Shown: in pieces, positions 16,191-32,519 of the stretch
Layout: each line of letters opens with the position of its first letter
Numbering within the stretch: the stretch's first letter is position 1
Source: the human T2T-CHM13v2.0 reference genome, Homo sapiens
DNA: 64,000 nt
Direction: 5' to 3' (one strand)
Assembly: GCF_009914755.1 (NCBI RefSeq)
Contig: NC_060934.1
Made by a program: the position numbers and the translations under genes
Notes under the pieces: generated by a model
Seen by the model: only the letters and a program-made list of their open reading frames with translations
Told to the model about the DNA's origin: nothing
The model's database searches: none

Positions 16191-19070
16191 GCCCAGCTAA
16201 GGCCAGCCAGGGGTGGCAGCAGCAATCCCGAGCCATAACGCCACTAGAAGGAGTGGCCTTAGCTGCAGCAGCAGATGTGGCAGCAACTTTCTTCTTCTCT
16301 TTGTTTGCTCATATGCTGCCTTTATAATGGTAATGGAGTATTTTCAAATTCAAAGTTCATTCTAGAGATAAAGAAAAATGGTAGTGGGTTTCCCTGTAAT
16401 TAATGGCACTTTTTAGCATTTCAGTCCGATTATAAATAGGATATAAGATGCCTTCTGTGGTGAATAACATTATCTTTACAGTTTTCTAGATTTATGAATT
16501 TAGCCCATATGAAATTAATTATTGTGGGTGTATTACATGGATGTGAAACATCTGGAATAATAGGATTTTATTGTTAATAGACCTCTCAGGAGCTCATGAC
16601 AAACATCCTTGTAATAGCAACATATGCTGCTAGTTGAATGAGAACCATCACTGACAATTAATGTTTCTTGGGCTTTCAGTAATTTACACATTTTCAAATT
16701 TTATATTCTTTATTTTCATCTTTATGGTTTCAGTTTGTGACTTGTTTGAAATTAAAGCCAGAACTCCTTACAGAGAAGAAAAAAAATTTATTTAGTGATA
16801 CTATGTGCCAAACACTGTGTTATATATTTTATATATGTGAATGTACATAAGCATGAAATTACTTTAAAGCCTGAAAACAATCAGGCATCTCTTTATTTAC
16901 AAACAGGAAGCCTGAGGCACAGTGAGATTAGTAGCTCATCAATGTGGATGCTCAAGCTAGAATTAAAGGTTGAATTTCTCTGTTCTTTCATTCATTAGAA
17001 AAGAAACTGAATATTGTAGAAAAGATTCCCTTTTCTGTAAATCATATTTCTGCTTTCAATATTCCTTTTAACTTTATACATAACAACCTTCCAGTTATTC
17101 CTGGGACATGTTGGGCTTAAGCTGATGTGGGCAAGGAGTTGATAAAGATAACTGAATTTAAACTTCTGACATATTTCAAAACCTCGTCTGTGCTTGGTGC
17201 AAGGTCGGTCAAGAGCTATGGAAATATCCAAGAGGAGAATATTCTATTTTTCCTGGTTCTCTTGATGCTGAGAAAAGGAATTTTTACTAAGTACTGACTC
17301 TGCACAGTTCATAGGTCAGCCACTGGATAACCTGGTTCTCTGAAGAGGAAGGTTCGGCCTGGACCCCAAAGCTCACCCTGCTGTTCTTCCCCCACATGTT
17401 TGGTTCGGAATCTCTCCAAATTAAACATATTGATACATTTTAGGAAAATAACAGAAAGTGTACATGATGTGGCCACCAAACCAGAAAATGTGATTAGGGG
17501 AAGGAGAATAAACGGTAGGTACACTGTTGCATGGAGAAGGCAGAATTAGTTCCCTTCATGCTTCATTAAGCTGCATTTAGTCATTGTTGCCTTTGTATAA
17601 AGATAAAGGCACAATTCTTATCTCAGTATTCTATCTTATGTCTTCAGAACACTCATATTATTTGAAACAGTCCTGTTCAACTATTTAAAATCTTGAGTAT
17701 TAATCCTTCCCCTCATAAGAATGTAAGTTCCATTTAGCAGGTACCTTTCCTGTATTTACTGAATGAGTGAATAAATACCCTTATATTCAAACAGGACAAA
17801 TTCTACCTTATATCATATATTCATTCACTGAATCATTTAAAGAATGTATGTTGTGTGCTGAAGTAGGTATATTCACATAATACATGCACACAGGTATGCA
17901 CAAATAATAGGCAAATTTGCATAACAAGTGAGGTAGTAAGCTTCAAATAGTGGTTGGACCTCTTCCTTGTTCCATGAACTCGGAAAGCTCCACAGCTTTT
18001 CTAAGCCTCTCTTATCACATCTATAAAATGCTAATCTATGCTGGCTTCAGCCTGCCCCAGCAACAGCATGTACTCTGTTGCTTCTGCCCTGACTTATGCC
18101 TGGACCACTGAGAATCTGGCCTGGTAGAAAGTAGCTGATTTTCTCCTACTAAAACACAGCATCTAGACACAGCCTGCAGATAGCACACCAGATGCTTCCT
18201 TTGCATGTTTACAAGCAAAATTGGGCACTTTCAGGAGCCCCAGGACGTGACAGGGATCTGTCCACTATCAGGTGTGATTGTGGGGCTAGACTGGCTGCTG
18301 TCTGGGCCCTTGGTTCTCCCTCCAGTCTCCACAGAAAGAAGACCCTGGTCCTCAGACTCTGGTCTGCTGTGGACCTGGCACATAGTAAGTCTGCAAACCC
18401 CTTTCCTGGAGTCCAGGCGCTGCACTTGTTTTTCCAGGTATTACTTTAGTATCTCCAAGTTCTATAGGTTGGCCAAACTCCAGATGCCCTAACTCCTTAC
18501 ATTTGATACCTTAAATGCTGACATTTCAAGCCAAGCTTAAGTTTTTCTACAACACTTCTGAATCTCCCAAGTTGAATAGCTGACAGATTCAGGAGAGTTG
18601 TGAAAAAAACTTAAGGTTGATCCTCCTTTATCACTACTAGTCTGGTGAATTTCCCTCAGTTACCATACTGTACTCACTACTGTTTCAGTACTATGAAAAG
18701 GGGAAAGATGGTTATAAACTGTGTAGCATCTTGTTTGTGTTTATGTGTATTTAGAACAGATCTAACAGGAGTCATTGAATACCCTTGCAAAATAAAGTCC
18801 CTTTGAGATGTGAAGAGTGTAATTTGCAAGATCAGTTGCAAACAATCTCCACTAATCATTAAATACAAGGTGCATTCACACCTCAAGTGGGTAGTTTATG
18901 CTTCTAGGGTAAGCTAAAACTGTAGACACATCCTTCCACTAATGATAGAAATTGCCTCATGCTGAACTTTAGCTCAAGATATTCCTACAAATGAAGACGG
19001 AAGCCACATTATAAAGCTGCTCTGGATTCTATATTATGAAGCCCAGAGTGACCTTAAGGGTTGAAGTAGT

Positions 19071-19382
<312 letters not shown>

Positions 19383-19509
19383 TCATAAAGATGCTTAATA
19401 AAATATAAATTTTTCTAAATATATTTTCACTATTTTTTACTGACCCCACTTTCCAAAAAGAAGGGAATAAGGCTATTGAAATGAATAAAGCCAGACTATA
19501 CTCATCTAA

Positions 19510-19799
19510 TTTTTTTTTTTGAGACGGAGTCTTGCTCTGTTGCCCAGGCTGGAATTCAGTGGCACCAACTCTGCTTACTGCAACCTCCGCCTCCTGGGTT
19601 CAAGCAATTCTCTGTCTCAGCCTCCTGAGTAGCTGGGATTACAGGTGCCCGCCACCACGCCCAGCTAATTTTTGTATTTTTAGTAGAGATGGGATTTCAC
19701 CATCTTGGCCAGGCTGGTCTTGAACTCCTGACCTCACGATCCACCCACCTCGGCCTCCCCAAGTGCTGGGATTACAGGCGTGAGCCACCGCTCCTGGCC
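19510..19799 (-). mobile_element. Alu, AluSg-like
   Basis: Poly(T) followed by reverse Alu; TSD-like tcatct on both sides. Confidence 0.95.
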
Positions 19800-21558
19800 T
19801 CATCTTATTATACCTTTAGTGAATAAAACTTTGATATATCCCTGCAGCCCAGCACCATACCTGGCACCAGGCAAGCTCTCAGTAAATGTTGGTTGAATGA
19901 AAGAATGTTAGCCACTGACGTTTTTTCCTTCATGGGTCATGGCAGCTGAGAAAGACCAAGGTCAGAGATAATGAGACTTCACAACCTCATAGCTACAGTG
20001 AAAGTTATGGAACTGCTTTAGAAGTGAGTTATTTGAAGCTCAGTGGGAAAAGATTCTTCATCTTCCCAGATCTCTGCTGTCACTTACAAAGAGAAATAAA
20101 GACTTATCTTGATAGCAAGGGACATTCAGGGATAAGGATCCCGAATAGGGTCTGAGTCTGGAGCTCTGACAGGGCAGTTGGTGAAGCAGCTTGAATAACA
20201 GAAGAGTCAATCTTTAGAATCCTCCACAGAGGCTTAGAAAGATGTGTAAAGCGCTTGGGATTTGATTTTACTTTTCAGGGTTTTCTATTCTGTTCTTATA
20301 CTTACTGTCACTGAATGGAACAGAAAGCAGACCTGTTACAATGTTCAAGTTGTATAGTTTGTGTGTGTTTTAAACAAGAAGAAGAAAGTTGTGGAAGGCT
20401 TGTGAGAAGGATGCCTTTTTCTGATAAAAATGCCTTACAACATTTTGAGACGGAATGGAGAACCTGCTTGTCTTCCTTGGGGAATTGATAATGTACAATG
20501 AATTTGAAGATTTTCTTATAGTATCTGAGCAAGAGAAGAAATATACTGACTTTGCAATCTATGAAAATTTGTCATTCACTAGCTCTCTTACTGCTTTGTA
20601 GTAGGTTAACTATTAACAATTATAAATGACACAACTGTTGTCCTTTAAACGAAATGGAAAGGAGATAATAGTTATTATGTGTCTACTATCTGTTCAACAC
20701 TATGCGAAACATGTTGTAGTCCCATCATATTTAATACTCAAAACCACCCTATGAATCAGATATATAATTATCCCTATTTTATAAATACTGAAATTGAGAC
20801 ACAGGAAGTAGAAGATGCTTATCTTCTGGCTCTGTCTATTCCTTATCACCCATGATAAGCACCATCTCTCCTGAAAGTGCTCCATATCTTCACCTGATAA
20901 AGGTATGTTGTCCCTCCTCTGTGCCATCTCTGTACTTTGTACTTTGCATGTGCTTCCAATGTTATATCTTGGTATTTAAATTAATTTCTTTTCAAGTTTT
21001 GTTCTCCCTTACTAGAGTATAAGTCTCTAGATAGTCGGGGTTTTGTTTTTATCTCTGTATTCTTTGCACTGATCACAGAAATGTTTAGTTTTTGAAGTAA
21101 GTGCCGCAGAGCCAGTTAGGCATGGAATCAGAATTTAAAATTAACATCCTTTTGAATCGGAAAGCTCACGCATTTTTCATTATACTATGATGTCAAAACT
21201 TGAAGACAGACAGAAAGATTAATGCAATTATATTATTAAATAATGCACATAAGTAATACAATTATATCCAATTTACATACCTAATATAAATATATGAAGC
21301 TTTCAGGTAACTAATATGGTGCAGGGAAATGTGTGCATACCATAGTTGATTTTGTTTTGAGTTATTTCTGCCTCTGAGCTATGTCTTCCTCATGTGTAAA
21401 TTGGTTCTATTAATACCCCTGAGGATCATCGTGAAAACTGAAGCAGATAACATATGCTGTTGAACCTGGTGCCTAATGTAGATGAAGATAAATCAATGTT
21501 ATTTCTCAGTCCAAATGCAGATATGAATATGAATATGGATATGGAGATAGCCTTAAAT

Positions 21559-21757
21559 CAAAGACTTTCAACAGGGATGGGTGGGGAGAGATTTTGTTCT
21601 CCAGATGACATCTGGCAGTTTCTGGAGTCATTTTTGGTTATCACGACTGGGGGTGTGTCACTGGCATTTAGTGACAGGAATACTGCTAAACATTCCTCAA
21701 TATACAGAACAATCTCTCATAACAATAAATTAAATAATTCTCTGGCCCCAAATGTTA
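21559..21757. mobile_element. MER20 hAT MITE
   Basis: gattttgttctccag..gacatctggcagtttctggag..tttttggttatcacgactggg..ctgctaaacattcc. Confidence 0.8.
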
Positions 21758-22309
21758 CAGACATAGATGCAGACATAAAAATACTAAGTATTAAAAGTAT
21801 CAGGTCTACTTCTGTGAGAGTGCAGGTTTGGAAATGGGATGATACCCTGGCTCTGAATCTGAGATTTTTGTGAAAGAGCTGGATTTAGGCTTTGGGATTA
21901 AGTCAGGTAGAAATAAAGCAATTGGAATTCCAGGAGGAGCTTGATTAATGGGGAAAAAGCATTTACGGATCAGAGTCAACAAAATAATTTTCCCATCAGG
22001 TGATAAAATCTAGAAGAGTAAGTGGAGGACTTAGCAGGACTATAAAATAAGAATGTTGGTGTTGGAGGTGAGAGGTGTGTATGAACAGGAAACGAGGAGC
22101 AAGATGTTAGAGGAAGGACAACAACATAAACAGGGAAACATAAATGACACATATTCTATTCCTTAATTCATCAAAAAGAAAAAAGAGATTAAAAATATCA
22201 AGTGCTTTATACACACCAGAGACCTATAAAGGCAGTGGAAGTAAAAACATAAAGCATCATTCCTAAAGTCATAATCTATTTTAGTGTTCCCAAAGTATTT
22301 TCCTGATGA

Positions 22310-22413
22310 AGTTACATATTAAAACCTCTTAAAAGCCCTACCTCTCAATACTGACACACTGGGGGCTAAATTTCAACCTGCATTTTAGACAGGACAAATA
22401 TTCAAACCACAGC
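22310..22413 (-). mobile_element. MST-type MaLR LTR fragment inside a degenerate hAT MITE
   Basis: acctcttaaaagccctacctctcaatac...aaatattcaaaccacagca. Confidence 0.6.
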
Positions 22414-24414
22414 ATCTGTGAAGTACTTCGTTTTGAAGGAGAATCTTCCAGAGCCAATATTTAGCCAGGCTAAATTTAGGAAACACTATTCTAGCACTAT
22501 TCTAGCACCAGGAAGCCAGTAAGAAAACACTTAATGTTTTCATGATAGCATTGGAATTTGTAGAAATTGGCAAAGAAACCACTTTTGGTGTTTCCAATAC
22601 TTGAAATTTCTAGAAGAAAGGCTTTATTTTGTTTTGTTTTGTTTGATAAGCAAGAGGTTTAAGACAATTTATGGTTAGCCTCTGGCATGTGTTTGGTACT
22701 AAATAAATATTTTTGAATGTAGTTAAATGAGTGAGACACTAGGAGTGGGCTAACAAAAAAGAGGAAGATAAAAAAAGCTTATGAAAGGAAAACATGCAAA
22801 GCTTGGCAATAGAATGTATATTTGAATACAAAACAAGTAGGAAATTAAGGATGAATAAGAATTCATCTTTTATATTAGAGAAAATTATGGTTTAACTCAT
22901 GAGATCACAGAAAAGAACATAATAGGAAAATCATGTTAGAATAAAAGCGCCAGACTGAGAAGCTGGATTTTGATGTCTAAACTAGGTCACTAATTTATTG
23001 TGTAAACCTGGCCAAGGCCCTTAACCTCTCAGATCCTCACTTGGTTATTTGTAAAACATAGATACCTATGTTCTCAATGAGGATTAAATAGCCTTAATAT
23101 AAATACACATATGTAAATACACATATACATATATATACATGTATTACACAAATATAATGCATACATGTAGGTATACATAGACATGCACATATATGTAAAA
23201 GGAATTATTGTTATTGTAGCTCATATTCTAGACCCATAACCACTTTAAGAATTTCAATGATATACTCTCTATTAATTACTTAGTTTTTAAAAAATTCATG
23301 GCTACTATAAAATGATTTTCCTAACCATCTTTTGTTGATATAAATTCTACTTTTTTTATATTCAAGTGAAACTAGGTTGATATGATTTTAATATTCATAA
23401 TTAGTCATTATCAATTAATATAGTTTAATAAGTAGCAATTTTGTTCATGGTATCTGGGATACCAGATGCTGAGGGACTAAAAATCAATCCCAGTTCTCTA
23501 GGAGATTATAATCTAAGGTGCAGGAACTGTTGTCCAAGAGAGTGGTGACAAGGGATAGCCCCAGTTGAGCATATTCCTAAAGGCAGTGGCATTGTTTTCT
23601 CCCTGACAACATCCTAAGAAGTGAATTCCACATCTCCTCAGTAGTGAAAAAGAGCCAATCTGACAGGGAGGCCGTACTTTACTTCATTAGAAGATTCCAA
23701 TGCCATCATGAAGCAGGAAAAAAAAAAAAACACTCACAGCAGAAGTGGCATCCCCATCACAAACTGTTCAGGTTCTCCAGTGACCTCTCCACAATTTGTG
23801 TAAAAATAAAGCCGCCCCCATTGGAGTTCACAAAGTCCCAGGTTTCATGGACAATTTAACTAACGTGTGAATGCAGGGGAGGGGTGGTCCTCTGGGTAGA
23901 TGGTAGCTTGAGTAACTAATTTCAATAATCAGAATAAATATTAGCTTATATATTTGTACTCTGAGGTATTGATGTTATCACATCGGTAATACACAGATGA
24001 GGACACAGAGTCAGTGTAAAAAATAATAATAGCTACCATCTCCTGAGTCTCTGCAAGGTGGCTAGAAGACTTCTAAGCACTATAGGATAAATTTTTCTCA
24101 TTTAATCCTCAGAATAGACACCCTATGCAGGTATTTTTAACTCTGTTAGTGCAGATGAAGAAAGTGAGGCTCAGGGGAGACTTGCTGGAGGACACATAGC
24201 CGACAAGAGACACATTGTGGATTTTAAACTGTTTCCTAGTTTTCATTCCCATGTGCTGCATATCTCATTGCATGGCGTCCTCCTGCTTTTCTTTTCTGGA
24301 TTCCTGTGATAGAGGAGGCTTCTATCCTAGGTTAGGTAGTAGAGGTGTTGTAGCTAGAATGACCTCTTATAACACTACTAATTATTAGGTAGAGGGAATA
24401 AGAAAGAGGGAAGA

Positions 24415-25063
<649 letters not shown>

Positions 25064-26116
25064 CAATGTCATTATTTTTTAAAGAATGAAAGTATGATTT
25101 GGGGCATCACTGTGAGAGAGCACCCTGCAATTTGAGGAACAGAGAGAGAGAATAAAAGACTGTTTAGCCTATGAAAGGGAAGACTCACAAAAGCTATTAC
25201 ACATCTGCATAGCTTTCATTTGGAAAAAGAAATGGAAGGCAAAATAGACTAACACTCATTAAGGACACAGTCTGTATAAGGCAAGTTCTTGGGTGGGTAT
25301 GTTAAATTAATTTATAGATGAGAAAACTAAGACTGAGATTTCAAGAGGCTTGGCTAAGTTCATTCATGTAACAGGGATTCAAACAAAAATCCAACTTGCA
25401 AGGCTTCATTTTTTTTTCTGAACCATTCAATAATGATATGGATGATCTTTGACATACTCAGCTCTGTGGTTTTGGAAGCATTAAAGTTGAAGCTGAGGGA
25501 CTATATGATAGTGGTGCTATCAAAGCAATTTTTGCACTTGCTGGGCTTTTAGAGTGATAATCTTCATGGTCTCTTTGAATGCAATGCAACTATTCTAGGA
25601 GCCAATGAATAATTCGGACAGGTGGGACATACCAAGCAATTTCCAGAGAGAATTTCACTGCATTGCCATTCCTGGTGTTAGCTACCCACATGATGAGAAT
25701 AAAGGGTTTGAATGAATACGTCATTGAAGTTTAGTCAATGTAATCCTTCAGAGCTGTAATTATTCATTACATACTAGTTTTGTACTTTGTGTGTTATTAG
25801 GGGAATAGACAAATGAAAGTTCTGTCCCTCAAATGACAGATTGGTCAGGAATTTCTTCTACCTGCTGGCCCTAACACTGAAGTAGCAAAACTGTAAATAG
25901 GACCAATCCAAGGTCAGACATAGGGAAAAATATAGGAGGTGTGTCAAACTATATTACACAGAGTAATACCAGGTTTGGGAGGAGACGAATCAGGAGCCAA
26001 ATCAAAATAAGAAATATCAGATAGCCTAAAATCCAACAGATGATTGGAAGACAGAGTGGATGTGGATTAATGAGTTCAACTCAATTCAACAAATATGCAT
26101 TGACTATAGTCTAGTG

Positions 26117-26996
26117 TATTGCGGGATCTGGCCGGCAGCCTGCAATGCAACGGGGCTGTCTCCTTGTTCCCAGGTGGGTCGGCAGGTTGAGAAATAATAG
26201 ACACACACAAGATAGTGAAAGCTGGGTCCAGGGGGGTCACTGCCTTCTGGTTCCACGATGCCAACAATGCACTGGATATACCAGCATTTATTATTAAGTT
26301 TAGTGAGGGCGGGGTGGGTTAGTGAGGGATTTAGGGTCATTTGATTATGGGGTGAGATGGTCACACGGGGATGAAGTAATTCTTTAACATAACATCTTTA
26401 TGCAGAAGTACAGTATACAGAGATAAGAATTTATAATATAGTGTGTGCATCAGTAATTTCTAACAGAGCCTTAAAACAGAAACACAGTCTTTCCACAACC
26501 TATGATTAGCAAGATATTAATCAGCAGTAACAGTTGCAGCAAAAGCTGGTTACAAACAATCCATAGAAACAGCACATGAAGCTAGACAACCGGTTAGACC
26601 AGAAATTCTCAGAAGGGAGTATGCCTTAACCCTAAAGAGGCCTTGAAGAGCCCTGGCAAGATGAAGGTGTTTATAGCCCTAGCTTATCCATATGAACAGG
26701 TGCCCCTCATGTATCGTTTTATGGGCTCTCCACAAGGGTTGCATTTCATTCCCAGAGCTATGAACATCTGCTTTTTTTGGGATAGGAATCTTGGTGATGT
26801 GAAACCTTCCTGACTGCACATCCGTTCATAGGCTCTCTGCAGGGGGAAGCACATCACATGCTGTTGGCTCATTCTGGCAGTCCAACCTGGCATTGTCTTT
26901 ACACAATCCTGCAGGCAATTTGGTATTTAAAATAATCAGGAGCATTTCATCTTTTATTCTGTAGCAATAGTTTCAGTTTCAGGGAGTCTCCCTACA
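26117..26996 (-). mobile_element. MER11D (HERV-K11D) solo LTR
   Basis: Minus strand starts TGTAGGGAGACTCCCTGAAAC; 880 bp; perfect 6-bp TSD CTAGTG (26111-26116 / 26997-27002), typical of ERVK; minus-strand TATAAA near 26672 and AATAAA at 26287-26292. Confidence 0.85.
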
Positions 26997-27663
26997 CTAG
27001 TGGGAAAAATATACAGGTTAAAAAATAATTAAAATATATTGCAATAAAAATGGAACCATAATGTATGTGGTCAGATACTACTTTCTGTTTTATTCAGCAT
27101 TATTATTTCTAGCATTCATTGATGGTGTTGTGTTTAGTTGAAATGTATTCATTTTCACTACTGAAAAATTGTACATTGTGTGATTATATTACAATTTCAA
27201 ACCTCAATATAATGCAAAGTAAATAATACAGTGCTAAAAAATAAGAGCACATATACTTGATATAAAAACAAAATGAAGAGAGTTATAAATACACATTTCA
27301 GGATAGTGATAATTCTAGGATAAAATGAAAAATCAGTCCAGGAAAGAGGCATATAGGTAGAAACCGGAATAGGGGTAATGTTCTAGTTCTCATATATGGG
27401 TGGTGGGTTTACGGTTATTTATTTTAATGCTTCAGCATATATAGACATATAAATATATGTATGAACTATATATAAATATGTCTACATATAAATGTTACAT
27501 ATTTATTTTATGTATATGTATCATATATACTACATAATAAAACATCCAAAAAAATTTTTAAGTTTGAATATATAGTGAACTATAAAGACATATATGCATA
27601 GAATGCAATGATCCAAGCTAATCAAAAGGAGTTGCTTATCTTGGTTGGGTAGATGGTTAATGA

Positions 27664-27984
<321 letters not shown>

Positions 27985-29060
27985 TGAATGTGTTATCTCT
28001 GAGTTGGATTTTTGATGAATGCATAAATGTTTACCTCATTCATAAAGAAAAGGCATTCCAGGAAGAAGAAGAAAAGAAGTGCCTTCCCTGGAAGACATGT
28101 TGTTGTACACTTCTGCATATTATTTACCATTCCCCATATAATATCTCTAACATCACAATATGTGTATATAATAATATATAATTGTTGAATAAATGAAGAT
28201 ATTCAGGACTGACAGATGTGGTGTATGTAGTGTGTGGATATGTGAATATGAGGAACCTGTAGGGAATAAGGTTGAAGAAGAAGAAAGAAGCTGCTTAAGG
28301 ACATTTACTGCCTTTCAAAGGATCTTAAGGAAAGTAATACAGTGTTTTATGTGGGGGAATGACAAATTTGACTTAAATGGTAGATGCCCTGGCTATATAA
28401 TGTGAAGGATGGCTTGGGAATTGGCAGAATGGTGGTGGTGGGACCCTAGATCATAAAGAAGGAGGCTAACTAGGAGAGGGTGAACTAGTCCCAGCAGGAG
28501 GTGACAATGTGGAGTGGGGACAGCAACCTGGGAATTGCCAGGAGATCCTTTTCAAATTGTTAATGAGGAGCAGGACAAGGAGGCAGATTCACCAGCATGA
28601 AATCTAGAAAATCTTGCCAACCCCATAGCATAATTCTCTTGGCCTTAAAGAGATACATATCCTTCCTGTAGTGTTTTTCAGAGACTTTACTGTTCTTTTC
28701 TTCAAGCTCTTCGATTTTAGCTTTGGTTTGAATAACAATACTCATTGGACAACCTGTTTTAGAAGTGCATACACTTTTTGTGGTGGCTTAAAACACTTAA
28801 AATATAAAACTGGCTAAAACTCAGGCCCTTCTTCTTCTTCTCCTTTGCCTTTTTCTCCTCTTCCTCCTTTTTTCTTTTTGCATATAGGATAAAACAACGG
28901 TCCCCCAAAATAACTCTAAAAGCATGAACCAAACATCATGAACCAAACATCATGGTTTTTTTTTTTTTTTTTTTCTGACTCTGGCACATGACTGTAGTTT
29001 GGTATGCTGGCGCATACCAGCACACATTTATTCATTCATACAATAAGTATCTGTACGTGC

Positions 29061-29479
29061 CCTGGGGGCGCTGTGGTGTGCTGACCATGTCTTTCCTTCA
29101 GACCGCACCTGCTCATACTCCCAGATGTTGAAACTGTTGGCAGATGATGGTTCTCAAGTGAATCTTTCTCTAGAAACTGCCTCCAGCCAGAGAGCTGCTT
29201 TGCTCAAGATCTTACCCATTCCTAGAGGAAAGCCCGCATTAACGACTGGCCAATGATTTGGTTAAAATCCACCCATTTGCCTCAAGGTGGGACAACTCTG
29301 AAGAATTAATCCAATTTTAGAATTCCCCATAAGACAGGCTAAGGCCATTATTATAATTGCATTGCAATTCAACTACTCTCTTAGCCCCTTCCTTTGACCA
29401 CAGCTGTGATCATTCCCAATAAACTTCTTGCACACAAATTCCTATCTCAGACTTTGTTTCTTATGGAGCTCAAACTAAG
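29061..29479 (+). mobile_element. LTR16C (ERVL) solo LTR
   Basis: gggacaactctgaag; cccaataaacttcttgcacacaaattcctatctcaga; overall colinear with the recalled LTR16C consensus. Confidence 0.75.
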
Positions 29480-30827
29480 TTTCCTGCCATGTGCCTGGCA
29501 TAGAGGGTATAATGATTCTGAAGAGACCACATAGGTGCAGAGATAAAAGTTAAAACAGGAGCAACATTTAAAGGGTATGTGAAGGCAGATAACCGTGTGT
29601 GTGTACTGTGTGTGAATGATAGATATATTGCTAGCTTCGAGAAGTAGATTGGTAAAATCCAAGAAGTTTCATGAAGGCATAACATAATCTTTTGAAGCCA
29701 TTGGGATAGTATATTTCTATCTCTTTAAGAACAAGAGAGATATGCTTTGAGGATTGGCAACATTTTCTGTCCGCAGACACGGGTGCAGTCTTAGTTATCG
29801 CTCTATTGAGGATTTGCTGTGCCTCAAAGCTTTAATCTTAGAGAACATTGATTTACTCTTCAAAAATTTTAGGGGCTCTGCTGACATCCAGGCCAAGGGA
29901 AGTTTAACTTTGTATTGAGACATTTTTCTTTTCCTGTGTATATACACAAGGCAATGAAGGAAATAATAAAGGATGGCTGAGTTCATGGTTTCAGTGTATG
30001 AAGGCCACCTTATTTTATACAGGCCACAAACCAAAGCTGAATAAAGAATGCTGTTTGTTAATCAAACTATGTGGGATTTTGCAGCCTAATTTGAGTGGGC
30101 AATATTCTTGCTCATAGCGGTCTAGGTTAAAACTTAAATGACAATACATTATTATGCCAATTAAAAATTCAAAAATAAATGCAATATTTAAACCTGTCTT
30201 TGCCCACCAACATACACATACCCACTGAGTTTTAGAAATAACAAGAGAAGAGTTCTCCAAGTGTCTTTTTTTCTTCACAGCCCTTTAAAATGTAAAAAGG
30301 CACAAATGAAGCTCAGCCCCTACAATAAGAGCTATTATTCAGCTGAATGATAAAGGGCTCTCTTTTGGGTGGGATACTCCAGACTTACAATGGCATAAAT
30401 GAGAAGCAAATACAAAAACAAAGCAGGTGAAAGCATGCACTTCATGAAAGACAGACCCAGATTTCTATTACCCATCCTCCATTTACTCCATGAGTGGACT
30501 TGGGTAAATTACTCAGCTTAATTTCAGTTTGATCATCTGTAAAATGAGAATAATAAATTTCTACTGAGTTGTGTGATAATCATGTAAGTTAATGTATGTA
30601 AAGTACATAAAGGGCAGAAGGGCATATAGGAAATTCTAACGTATAAATTTTTGAGTAGGTTCTCAAGATAAAGTATATGCGTAGAAATAAATTCAAGGTC
30701 AGACATATAAAAAGGAATTTCAGTCAAATTTCTTATATGATAGCCTTTGTGGAGAGGGCACTGGGAAAGACCTGGGGCTTCTATATTTTGACTGGTGATT
30801 AAACTTTTGCCACAATTAGAGCTTTAA

Positions 30828-31150
<323 letters not shown>

Positions 31151-32203
31151 TCAAGTCCTTGGCCCTTATTAAAACAGAGCTATACTGGGAAAAAGGTAAT
31201 ATGGTGTGAAAGGAAGAACACTTGGATGGGCAGTAACGTCCCCTGAGTGGTTACTCTAGTTCTGCCACCAGCTGGTTTTGAGACACTGAGGAGGTCACTA
31301 TACCACTGTGAGCTGTGATTTGCTCATCTGTAACACTGGCATACTCAGTTGGGTGGTCTGTGTACGTGTGTGTTAATACCTTAATTCCAACATATACTGA
31401 TTTGCTGATATTCTAAGTAACTATTCTCGTTTATTTACTGTGGGTACTTGGAAACAGACACAGTCAATGCCTTCACAGAATTTAGCATCCAAGGAATCTA
31501 GGAAGAGATACAGGGGGAAAAAAGCCAAGCAATTAAAATAAAGTGCAATAAGTACTTAAATGCACAGGGAGAAACACCTAACCTGTTTTGGAACTATCAG
31601 AGACTTCCTTTTAAAGGTAGAGAACAAGAGAAAAGGAGAAGAGATGCCTAAGGTTTTCCAAAGGCCTGAAGATAAGAAAGAGTGTAACTTATATTCTAGA
31701 AGCTGAAACAGGTTTTGTTTGACTAGAACAGATTGTACAAATGACAAAAAGAGGGAATGTATGTAGAGAAATAAGGAATGGTGCAATAGTACATATTCTC
31801 ATCCCTCTTTATATTCAAGGTGTTTAATGATCAACAACGATTTTTGGATCATCAAACACATGAGTGATAAATTAAGCTTTTATCCTACTTTTCTACTTCG
31901 TTGTAAATGAAAATTGTGACAGCAAGTTTTTCTAAAAGATCCCAAGGGGAGACAAAATCATTTGATATATTGAGGCTGTAAGGTACACCACCAAGAAAAA
32001 AAAAAGATCTGTGGGAGGAGAAAGGAACTTTCAAATAAAAGAATTATTACCCTTGCTCTATGTAGGTACAGTAGAGTAGGACTGACAAAAACCAGACTTG
32101 TAGCCGTAGTGAAAAAAAATCTTCAATTACTACTAGAAGTATTATAATGATTATTACTATAACTAATAGACATATTTTTTATTTTATTATAGTAAAGATT
32201 ATA

Positions 32204-32492
32204 GGCCAGGCATGGTGGCTCACATCTGTAATCCTAGCACTTTGGGAGGCTAAGGTGGGAGGATCACGACGTCAGGAGTTCCAGAGCAGCCTGGCCAACA
32301 TAGTGAAACCTGTCTCTACTAAAAATACAAAATTAGCCAGGCATGGTGCTGGGCACCTGTAATCCATCTACTTGGGAGGCTGAGGCAAGGAGAATCGCTT
32401 AAATCTGGGAGGTGAAGGTTGCAGTGAGCCAAGATCATGCCACTGCACTCCAGCCCAGGTGACAGTGCGAGACTCCATCTCAAAAAAAAAAA
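32204..32492 (+). mobile_element. AluSg-like
   Basis: TSD aaagattata at 32194-32203 / 32493-32502. Confidence 0.95.
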
Positions 32493-32519
32493 AAAGATTA
32501 TATATGTATGTGTGTAAGT

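Noticed and set aside
21454-21873. 139-aa ORF
   Set aside because: Runs across a MIR end, low-complexity ATATGA repeats and MER20; a chance ORF
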